Below are positions 1 through 10,843 of a DNA stretch of 64,000 nt, piece by piece. The stretch is from Eledone cirrhosa (Eukaryota). Positions within the stretch are counted from its first letter, which is position 1. The number at the start of each line of letters is the position of its first letter. Under the pieces are notes generated by a model. The model was not told the DNA's origin. It saw nothing but the letters and a program-made list of their open reading frames with translations, and searched no databases. The stretch is taken from NCBI GenBank assembly GCA_964016885.1, contig OZ024743.1, positions 48,298,001 through 48,362,000 on the forward strand, in the 5' to 3' direction. A program made the translations under genes and the position numbers.

Positions 1-514
1 CACATTCTCCATTGCAACCTGTAAAATGAATTTGGATTACTATATTCAATCACAATGTTACTCAAGAGCCAACAAGAAAGCCTCTAAACTGTCACTTGAT
101 CTGCCAAATCAACCTCAAACCCCAACCCACAATCTTAGAAAAGGACCCATTGGATAGTGTGGTCCTGGAATTGTGAAGGTCTTAGTGGTTAGGGTGCTGG
201 ACTCAAAATCATAATGTTATACATTTGATTCCTGGCATGTTTGTTATGTTCTTGAGCAAGACACTTCATTTCATATTGCTTTTCATGAAGGGACTGAGAC
301 TCCTATAAATAAAACAACTAAGAAACCTCCTATGAGATGCAACCTTGTAGGGATCCAGCTAAACTTACATAGGTGTCAGCTGTGTATTTCATTTTTTTCT
401 GTACAGGAAAAAGATTGGATGGCTGTTTCTAGAAAATTATTGATCATAAATATGCTTATGTTATTCACAGATCTTTCATGGAGAACCTGAACAACAAAAA
501 TACTTTACATACAC

Positions 515-1190
515 TATCCTAACTACCATCAATATCAACAAAGCCTTTGACTCCATTCTTTGCTGCACACTTATATAAGAGAATACCAATCAACTCCTTA
601 AGAAACAACACAAGATGCTGGTTATCAAACCATTTAGGTCTATAAGCATCTGTGATATACAATAACACTACATCTGGAAACTTTAATTTCCAAAATATGT
701 ACCAAAATATGCTGTCTTTGCACTCTTTTCAAACTATACATAGACAACCAGCCTACATTTTCACAAAACATACACTACAGTATATGTAAATGACATGACA
801 CACATCCTTGTACCATTCCTCTCAGCGAAAATGTGCACCTACTCCAATCATACACCACCCACCTAAATATCTGGCTTCAAACAAACACTAAATGAAGCAC
901 TTACCAAATGCCCCACCTAACTTTTCACCAATGAATGCCAAAGGACACCAAATAAATCAATCATCAAAACATTCAACAACATAGAAGGGGAAAAACAAGT
1001 ACTAAGAATTACAATACATCTTCAACATAGATAATACATATAGAAGCCATAATAATAAAGTAAACCAAATGACATATTTATATCACCGAGACACCACATT
1101 TGTTGAACATGCAGAAACCATAATAGTGTACAAACAATACATTGGATGCATGGTAGACTATGTCAGTCCACAAACTACACAGACCAACAA
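515..1190 (+). mobile_element. Highly decayed non-LTR retrotransposon RT remnant
   Basis: Hand translation gives LTTININKAFDSI (RT KAFD motif) near 520-560, YVNDMT (degenerate YADD) near 785-800 and KVLRIT (KYLG-like) near 997-1013; frames broken. Confidence 0.45.
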
Positions 1191-1414
1191 AGAACCTTCA
1201 GTGTGTCCACTCCCTTTTCATATTTGTATGCACTATGTCTGAATAAAAAATGGGATGGTTATGTTGGAATACTTTTGACATTAGATCTGACCCGATCATA
1301 AAACAGTGCACATGGGCTACATACAAACTATCTACATAAGCAGAAGCATAATTTGTTTCTACACTGTATTCCAACTTTAAAGTCCCCTCACCCCAACAAA
1401 ATACAATCAATCTT

Positions 1415-1470
<56 letters not shown>

Positions 1471-1509
1471 CTATAAAACCTCAAAACAACCCTTTCAATA
1501 GGAATCTAC

Positions 1510-1729
1510 ATGAAACTGCCCCTTGCTCTCTGATAAGTGCTCATATTTGTATTAAAACCTACCATTGTAAATTTATAAAAGAACCTTTTATTAGTTATGT
1601 TTTGAACTTTAGATTAATAATGACAAAACTGGTTATTTTACTAATACCCCCTAAATTCCAGATTATCTTAAAAATTAATTAAAATACATTGGTAATATAT
1701 TTAATAAAAATACAGTAACAAAAGGATTA
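1510..1729 (-). mobile_element. Old TTAA-flanked MITE family copy (piggyBac-type termini)
   Basis: Ends in gtaacaaaaggattaa; internal motifs shared with copies at 18933-19374, 21120-21372 and 36577-36818. Confidence 0.5.
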
Positions 1730-2451
1730 AAACATTATCCTTCCCACTCAATCCAGAAAGAAAACATAAAAGACATACACACAAATACAAACAGCTTCAA
1801 TTACTCCATTAAGTCCACTGTGTTGGAATGCACACCACACAACATGTATACATGAAGGTAAAGCAACTGTTATAATTCAACTAAATTTACCTTGGCTGTC
1901 TCTGCTATGGTTACTACCTGAACCTACAAGAGACTGGACACCATAGATAGTAACATACACAAGCTTTCATAATATACACTATATGATAATTCACATGAAT
2001 ATCGAGTATGCTCCAACAATAACTACTCACAAGAACAAATTGTAGCACTTCTAACATAGAAATAAACTCTGGCAAAAACTGTTCCAGTCAACAAATGAGA
2101 AGGAAAAAAAAGACAAAAAAATGAAAAACACTGCCTATGACTTACAAATAATTTTGAAAATAATCAAGAATTTGAAGGAATTTAGATATATATGTTTCTT
2201 TAGCCACAGGGGCACAAATACAAAGGGGGAAGTTTACATACAATAAAAACGTGTAAAATATTATCACAAATGCAATTTAAAAATTAATCGATTTTCCCCG
2301 ATAGGGGGGAGACATTACATATGGGTAACACATACCCTCGAAAAAAAAATGTGCAACCCTCATCTTCAGGAGTATGAAGAGTTTGTACTCCTTTCCTCTC
2401 CTCCTCTTTTTCCTCAACCTACAGGCTGATATAGAGAGAAGGCCCATTCAC

Positions 2452-5400
2452 TCAAGCCATTCTCGCCACTTTCACCCACCTTTCATAAAACTTGCTGGGG
2501 TACAGCACTTCTCTCTCCATCCTGATTCTTCTTCCAAAGTGGTATTTGAAAAAAAGAATCAGTTGTTGGCCGGAGAGAAAGGTGTCTGACCTCAGCCCTT
2601 TCAACCTTGTCCACCATACAACCTCTTTCGCCATAGTTATCACACAAAGGAAAACCGCCTCTCCTTCGTTTTTGAAGGAGGGTGGAGGTTTGATCATGAC
2701 AATGGACTCGGTGTTCAATTGGATTGGTCCCAGCTGCGACAATAGTCGTTCCACATAGCCCCACAGGTTGGGGACGCCCGGGCAGTGTATGAATGCGTGC
2801 GCGACGGTTTCTTCGTCTCGTACGCACCTCGGACATCTTTTTTGCAGGGTCCCTGCCCAGGTGCCCATGTCTGTAGAGCTTGTCTTGAACTGGTAGAGCT
2901 CCTCGGTAGCACTGCCAGGCCAGGAACTTTTGGAAGTTGTCCATCGGTCCCGGGCGGAAGGTCCTACCGAACAGACTGGCCAGTTCGTCTTCCTCTACAC
3001 CCAGAGTTTCACCGAGCACATTGTCGCACTTGCTGCGGATCAACCCTCTATAGAATGACAAAGTGGAGTCTCCACTGATCGCCGGGTCCGCCTGCCAGAG
3101 GGCTGTGAGCGCCTGAGCATATTCGATGTGCCAGTCGCCCATTTTCCTCGGTCTTTGCTTGACCCAGGACTGCAGCTCGGTCAGCGAGACGAGTCATGGG
3201 AAGGCTCGCTTCACGAACGGGGCCCACACCGGTTGTCCGGTGAGGAATACGTAGAGATGCCGCAGCCTGAGCGCGTGTTTGCGCATCGTCAGCCATGGCA
3301 TCCCCAGCCCTCCGTTGGAAGGGCGTTGGCAGCAGATGGATCTTCTCACCAAAGGAGCCCGCCTCTTCCAAAGGAATTGGAAGAGTGCACGCTCCATTTT
3401 GGCGAGCGTTTTGGCTGGACAAGGCACGACGGTCAAGCGGTAGTAGATGGTGGACGCTATAAAAGTGTTCGCCACCTCCGCTCGACCTTTCAACGATAGT
3501 TTGCACTCGGCCCACTTCTGGGTGAGTGCAAAGACCTTGGCCGACACCTCATTCTAGTTCTTCTCCACCTGGAGGTCTGGACCAAACCAGACCCCGAGCA
3601 GCTTTACTGGTCCTTCCATCCAACGTCCGACGCCGCCATCGGAAGGCATCAGTTTGCCTCTCCACGATCCGAGTTGCAAACCGATGGACTTGTCCCGGTT
3701 CAGCTTCGCTCCTGTGAACCTTTCGTATTCCTTCAGTAAGGTGCCGACTTCCTCGATTTTCGAGGCGCTCAACACCATTACTGTCACATCGTCGGCGTAG
3801 GCCGACGCCGCTTTCCGCAGTCCCGGTTCCAGAGGGATGCCCTGCAATAGCTCCAACTTCCGCAGTTGTGGCTTGAGAGTCAATACGTACAGAAGGGAGG
3901 AGAGAGGGCATCCCTGTCAAATGGATCGCGTGATATGGAACGGCTCCGAGAGGTAGCCGTTCACCTTAACCCTTGAGCAGATGTTGCTGTTATGCATTGC
4001 AGCAATCTAGCCCCTGAACACGGGTCCGAATCCTGCCGCCTCGAGCACTGCATCCAGGTAACGATGGTCAACCCTATCGAAAGCCTTAAACTGATCCAAG
4101 TTGATCAGGGCCCCACTGAAGCCGGCTTTACACCTTACCCTCTCTATGATGTATCGCATGAGGTGGAGGTTGTCGTGTATGGGCCTGGTCGGGATTGCGC
4201 ATGTCTGCGCTTCTCCCACCAGGTTCTCGACGACAAGCGGCAGCCTCTTTGCCAACACCTTGGCCAAAATCTGTAACTCTGTTTAGCAGAGTTATAGGCC
4301 GGAAGTTGCCTATGTCATCCCCCTTATTCTCGTCCTTCCTGACTTGTGTGACTACGCCCCCGGTCACAGAACTGGGAATTCTCCCGTTCTGTTGCCAGTT
4401 GCAGTAGACCGCTTCCAGGAGACCGGAGAATAAGTCCGACATTGTTACGTAAAATTCGTAGGGTAGACCGTCGAGACCTGGATATTTGCATTTGCCGCAT
4501 TGGCTCAACGCGTCCCCTATCTCAGCGGCTGAAATCGGCTTTTCGCAGAACTTTGCCTCGCTGTCCGAGAGTCGCGGTAGGCCGTCGAGGTATGGACCGA
4601 AATCCATAGCCCCTCCCGGCGCGCCGCCCTGCCCGAACAGCTGAGCAAAGTCCCGCTGAAAGACCGCACGCATCTGCTTCGGCTCACGTATCACGCGTCC
4701 GTTTTGGTCCTTCAAAGACCGAATCGTGGACTTGTTGCCACTTTTTGCCTCCGTCACTCGGGCCCAACTAACAGCTTTGGCTCCCTCGTTTCCCAGAGCA
4801 CATACTTTGCTTCTGACAACGCAGCCCTCATGCTTTGCGTCGAAGAACTGGTCCAAGGCCGTTCTCGTTGCTAGCACGCTGGCTACGTTGCCACTTCTAA
4901 TTGCCTCTTTTACTTTATCTACCAGTTCTTTCTCGGTTCTATTTCTATCTAACGCTAATTCTTTACTAAAAACTAACGAGTCTAATCTAACTGCCCTCTT
5001 GAGAGAGTACCACCGTCTGTTGTTGACAATGGCCCCTGTCAAGTGCTGTTTAACTAAAGTGCTAATCCGTCTACTGTAGGCTTTGCATGTCGGTAACGAC
5101 AAGTTCAGCTTCCAGTAGCCGGGTCCTTGTCTATGGGTTCTATCAAGGTTGACCATGCAGGTCATTAGTTTGTGATCTGAATAGGCAACCATGAACATTT
5201 GTGGACAGCTTAACATGTCCCTATCCTTATTTCTAACTAGAACCCTATCTAGGTACGATCTAGATGTTCCACTGCGATTAGTCCATGTTCACAGTGGAAC
5301 AGTCGAAAAATCTAGTCGATATCTATCGGCCAGGTCAAATCGTCCGATTAACTGTTTGAGGATGTTACACCCCCCTATATCGAGACATGTTCCCACATAG

Positions 5401-5827
5401 ACCCAATGTGCATCTAGGATTCCATTCCAGTCCCCCACTAAAAGCAAGGAGCGGGACGTTCCCAGAAAAGTCTCTAGACGTTTGAAGAAGTCTGGCCGTG
5501 ATGTCCCGGATGGGGCATATGCGGCCACCAGCCTGAAGGCTCCACCTTCACTACCATCAACGTCTAGGACCACCAGTCGACCCTCCGGGTCCAGATGTAC
5601 CGTCTGTGTTACGAGGCCCAGGTGTTTCCGCAGCAAAACGGCAAACCCGCCCCCACCCCCGGCTGACAGATGCGTAGATCTCAAAGTCATCGAAGATGGG
5701 GGACAGCTGTCGCTCGCTGTGGATCCTGGACTCGCAAATGGTTACTACATCCATACTGTGCGACCTGAGGTTTCCAGGGCATCCCCAGGCCGCGTACATT
5801 CACACACCCAACTCTTATATTGGCCAT
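2452..5827 (-). pseudogene. Tx1/L1 ORF2 (APE-RT-CCHC) with multiple frameshifts and stops
   Basis: Starts MANIRVGCVNVRGL at 5827; motifs LVAAYAP, GDWN, SDHK, PGLDGLPYEFY, FRPITLLN, DQFKAFDRVDH, YADD, GGLGMP and CPRC..ETVAHAFIHC are spread over several ORF-track frames. Confidence 0.93.
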
Positions 5828-5861
5828 GTTGTTTCTGAAAAGTTAAAAGAGAAGAAAACAC

Positions 5862-7043
5862 TCACTTCTTCGTCTCCCGGGGATCAGGCCGCACGGTTTT
5901 CATGGGGGTTAGGAGTTGTCTGGGTGGGTGGGGACAGAGATGTTTGGTGGGGTGGGGTGTCTGGGGTAGGGGGTGGGGGTGTCTGGGGTGAGGGTGGGGA
6001 AACTTTTTAAAAGGACGCGGTTAATGGGTTTAACAAGGATTACCCACATCCTTAGGAAAGTTTTCCTTTAAAGACTTATAGGTGTCCGTAGGGACCCTAA
6101 TCATCTTTAAATTAGTTTTGTCTACACAGTTCAAAAAAGTTTTCCCTTCGGTGAAAACCGAAGGGTCGTTGGAGATGCCCTCCATTAAATTTTTTTTTTT
6201 ACTGTTTATGTATGTGTAATGTTCTTGTTGTGTTGCGGTGGTTTTTGTCTGTTCTTGTGGGAGCTTTCGTTTTGTTGTAGGTGTTTGGAGTGATGTCGTG
6301 GTTTTGTTTTCGGACGGGAGGTTTTTGTTTGTAATGTTTGTGTTGTTTGTGTTGGTGGTGGTATGTTTGTAGTTATGTTTGTTGTTTTTTTGTTCTTGTG
6401 GTGTCTTTTCTTCTTTCTTTTCGAACAGATAGGCTCTCCCTCATCATCACTTGGTGATGATGTGGGGGCCTCGTCCGTTGTGGTGTCTGTGTTATTTGGA
6501 AGGGGTATGTTTTGGGGAGCTGTTGTGTTTGTGGGTGTTTTTACAGTGGTTTTAGGTGGAATGAGGTTGGGTGGGACTGTGCTTGCAGGTTGGTTTGTTG
6601 TTCTTGTTTTGGTTGTGTTTGCGTGTTGTTGTTGTTGTTGTGGTGATGGTGGTGGTGGTGTTGTTGTTGTTGTTTTGGGTGTTGGCAGTAGTGCCTCTTT
6701 TTTTTTAGTTAACTGAGGACAGTAAGCCTTCAGGTGACCACTGCTTAAACAGTAGTAACATGAAGGCCGCCTACCCTCAACAGAAATGTTTATGTGTGAA
6801 ATTCCATCCAGAGGCACACGTTGGGGTGGGGTATTTTAGCTATCCGTTCTGGCCTCATTTGGACCAGAACTTCCATGCTTGTACCATTGAATGTGCCTCT
6901 GGAGAACTTTCCCACCAAAATGATGGTGTCTTCGTCCAAATCGATGAAGCCAGTTAGAATCCACCAGACATTTACATTTGGTGCAATGTTCAAAATTTTT
7001 ATTTTTTGAGTTCTTTTTCCCATATATGTGGGGGGAAAAGGTG
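5862..7043 (-). pseudogene. Tx1/L1 ORF1 (gag-like) remnant
   Basis: CYYCLSSGHLKAYC (CX2CX4HX4C) in ORF 6206..6817, then a Thr/Pro-rich linker and basic patch; frameshifted, so the true end frame is uncertain. Confidence 0.8.
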
Positions 7044-7062
7044 TAAAAGTTTCTCATTATTA

Positions 7063-7622
7063 AGGGCGAACAAAATTGATGGAAGTTACAGGGTAGATAG
7101 ACTTAGAAAAACCTGGGACGATTTGATAAATTCCAACCTTACACACTTACACCTCTCTAAGACAATGTCACTGGACCGAGATCTTTGGCACTACGCAGTA
7201 ATACAGAAGACCCGCCTTGCCTATGTACAAAGCGAAACCTACAGTCAGTAGGCACCTCTTAACCAAATATACACCCCCATCCCACTACCCCTACTCCACC
7301 TCCACCTCCCTTTCTCTAAAGTTATGTTGGTACCACAACATCCAGTCCAAAATAAATGAGGTCGTGTAGATGTCACGACAAAAAAACACAGTCCACGCTG
7401 TAATGTGGCCATGTAGGTAACACGGTAAAAACCTCCCAGTCCACACTGTAAACGTGGTTGGTGTTAGGAAGGGCATCCAGCCGTAGAAAACCTGCCAGAC
7501 ACTCCTATATAAGCGAGACACGGTCTCCCAACCAATCTTGCCTCAAGTGGGACAATTCCCGTCTAAACCCATGCTAGCATGGAAGATAGACGTTAAACGA
7601 TGATGATGATGATGATGATGAT
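7063..7622 (+). mobile_element. 5'-truncated RTE LINE 3' fragment with (GAT)n tail
   Basis: Encodes KTWDDLINSNLTHLHLSKTMSLDRDLWHY, matching the C-terminus of the RTE at 45327-45488; homologous 3'UTR; ends in (gat)n. Confidence 0.92.
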
Positions 7623-8599
7623 ACTAGTGTTTGAAGCACAAGATTCTTACATAAAATTATGAAATATTTAAAAATAAATACAAACAATTAAAAAAACACC
7701 ACTGTAACGTGGTTTGGTCTCAAAAGGGTTAAGCTATTATAGCTAGAGCTAGGTGAGTGTTCTATGTTGCTGGCACTATCCTTGTTGTTTGTCTATAGTT
7801 CAATATTTCTGTCTCTGGTTTGCTCAAGTTCAATTACTAGACTTTAATATTCCATATCAATATAATCATTTGTTGTTCCAGATAACAGAAACACTGTGCT
7901 TGAAAGAATTATAAGTAGTGCAGAATCTTATATTCTGGTCAGATGCAAACAAATATTGAGTTGAATGTTTGATTACTACAGAAAAATATTGGCAACCCAA
8001 TACCATTGCTGATACTAGGTACAGACATAATGCAAAAATAAACATAAAATATGAGTAAATATAAAATTTGAGTAAAATTTGGTAGGCGGAAACAGCAAAA
8101 GCCTGTTATAATAATCATCATCAACATTTTTCCCTACAAGCAAGAGTTTGACAAATTATCACACAGCAAGTCAGTAATTAATCGCAGCCACCGATTTCTC
8201 AGATGAACTGAAACCTCATCTTACTTACATTCCTGCTTGAAATGGAGCTGGTAGAGAAAGGGTTTAAGATTGGTCACGCAAAAGATGGTGAGGAGAGGGT
8301 GAGTGTAAGAAGAAGGTAGGAAACAATAGGAAACCAAGAGTAGAAGGAAGAGGAAGGAGGTAAGAGAGGAAGAGGAAGAAACAAGGAGAAGTAGAAGTGA
8401 ATCATGAGATATTGGTGTAATGCAAAAAGCCATGTAAAAAGTCCTACAATCTAAGGAGAAATCTGGGTATAATAAATTCAAGTAGAATCCAGTTAGGAGT
8501 CTAGCATGAAGATCCAATGAATTAAGAGTGCCCACAAAAGCATTGATGCGTGTGTGTGTGTGTGTGTGATGGTAGATTAATTTAATGCTTGATATAGTT

Positions 8600-10395
8600 G
8601 GAAAAGAGTCTTAATGTTTCAGAGGCTAGTCCTTCATTGGAAAATAGCATGTGAGAGGGAAGAGGTGTTTGGGTGAGACAAAAAAAGGAAAGATAGATGA
8701 GAATAAGAAACAAAATGGAAACAGATAAATAAAAGAGAAAGCATATATTGAAAACTGAAAATCCAATACAAAGCTAGAGTGTTAAAGAGTCATTGAAGGG
8801 AAAATAAGCATGAAGAAAGTAGGAAAAAATGTATGTATGCCTGTGTTTATGTGTGTGCAATTATACTAAGCTGTGAGGGTATGATGGCTGTGGTGCACAT
8901 CAGAGTGTGACTGTAGGGGGTCTGTTTGTATTGTTATATATGTGTATGCACATATGTAAGCTTGGTCAACATTATATAATGTTGACCAAGCTTACATGTG
9001 TGCATGTGCATATATATATATATATATACATACATACATACATATGTGTGTGTGGTGTGTGGTGTGTGTATCAAGTACACACTGAACTAGAGGCACTCCT
9101 CGTGTGCTGCAGAGAGAGAACAACAGTGGCATATGTATGCAAGTTGCCACTTTTCATGCCATATGTATGGTCCAGTGGGACAATTGGGGAAAAGGACATA
9201 AGAGATAGCACCTGGCATCATGTACAGCGCTACAACAATACAGTTGCCAACCATTGAACTCTGAAGGATGAAGGCTAAAATGGAGGCCAAGAGGGATGGA
9301 ACCAGGACATGAAGAAAAGTTGCAATATATACTGCAAATTATTTTAATTCAATGCCAAGACAGTCCCTCATGCAAAAACAATCCCACCTGCAGACAGAAC
9401 ATGAACATACACATGTGTGCACACCAAGTGGTGTGTATACCTGTAATTAGTGTATGAATATGGGGGATCCCTATAATAATGCATGTAACACCTACAAGTA
9501 CTAGCATAAATATGTATATATACATGCATATATGTACACACATAAATGTATAGAGGGAGGGAGTGAAGATAGACTGGAGTAGTTTAAGAGGGTGTCAGGT
9601 GGTCATGGGAAAGAGTGTATGCAGGTATGGTACAAGAAAGTGTGTGTACACGCATAGAAGGCTAAGCCTTGTGTGTTGTGGGACAGCTGAATGCAATGGT
9701 ATGGATATCGAGATATGCGCTCAGGGATATGAGTGTTGCATGTGTACATGTGTGTTATGTCATATATAAGAGAGTTGTGTTTCTGTTAGATGATTGCTAT
9801 TGTGGTGTGAGGGTATGTGTAGGAGTTAAGCACAGGAGGGCTGGGTGTGGGTGTGAGTGTGTGTGCGTGCGCATGTGCACACATGCATGCAAAAGTATAT
9901 GGTGGTTCGAGAAACTAAAATGGAGAGTAAAGACTATTTGGAACAGGAATTCCAAGTCAAAATATCACTTCTTACTTGGTCCTGAAGCGCGAGTTGTTGG
10001 GTGGAGTAATTAGAGGAACAGAAGTGACAGGCGACAGGAGTGTTGTAGCCAAGTCGTATATCCCACGTGCTCTACAAATCAGTCTGCCTGTTTATCCACT
10101 GTAGATGAACCCACAGAGTAAACACCGAAGGGCAAAGATAATGATAGTGTAAGTACAGGTGAAAGAATGATGGATGTAGAAAGGACAATAGTTCAAACCA
10201 GCAAAGGTGGTGACTTCGGCATGGAATGGGTTGTTAAAGCGTCAGGTGCTGGGCCGAGAACCAGGTCGAGTCCTAGGTAAGGAGGGGACATGAGGGAAAT
10301 GGAGGGGCAGTGTTGATGGCTTAAACAAAAAAGAAGTCATTGATAATAGGGCAATCAGCAGGTATATGGTACAAAACAACAACTGCTATAACTGT
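8600..10395 (-). mobile_element. Decayed Penelope-like element 3' part (GIY-YIG remnant, microsatellite-rich 3'UTR, degenerate hammerhead-like end)
   Basis: Minus translation of ~10020-10180 gives HSFTCTYTIIIFALRCLLCGFIYSG*TGR..FVEH..DIRLGYNTPVACHF, a GIY-YIG domain pattern; ccaatgaagg..ctgaaacattaagac near 8607-8640; a related fragment lies at 13378-13450 (+). Confidence 0.6.
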
Positions 10396-10423
10396 CTTAT
10401 ATATATATATATATATATATATA

Positions 10424-10804
10424 TCATCATCATCATCATCATCAACGTTTAACGTCCGTGTTCCACGCTTGCATGGGTTTGGACGGGGGTAGTCCCACTT
10501 GAGGCAAGAGTGATTGTCTTGCTCGCATAGGACTGTCTGGCAGGTTTTCTACAGTTGGATGCCCTTCCTAACACCAACCACATTTACAGTGTGGGTCTGG
10601 GAGGTTTTTACCGTGTTGCCTACACGGCCACATTACAGCGTGGACTGTGTGTTTTTTTGTCGTGACACCTACACGATCTCATTTGTTTCGGCCTGGATGG
10701 CGCGGCACCAACATAACTTTACATAGAACGGGGTGGTGTGGATCGGGTGGGGGTGGTGGGACGGGGTGTATTTGTTAGAGATGCCTACTGGCTGGAGTAG
10801 GTTT

Positions 10805-10808
<4 letters not shown>
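10424..10808 (-). mobile_element. RTE LINE 3'UTR-only copy inserted in (TA)n
   Basis: Reverse complement aligns to 45495-45985 with one copy of the 112-bp unit; (cat)n tail at 10424-10443; (TA)n on both sides. Confidence 0.9.

Positions 10809-10843
<35 letters not shown>

Larger units (their letters stand above)
2190..7043 (-). mobile_element. Tx1/L1-clade LINE, 5'-truncated inside ORF1, decayed
   Basis: ORF1 with CCHC knuckle followed by ORF2 with APE endonuclease, RT and C-terminal Zn knuckle; 3' end ...cccctgtggctaaagaaac followed by a short (AT)n at ~2186-2193. Confidence 0.93.
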
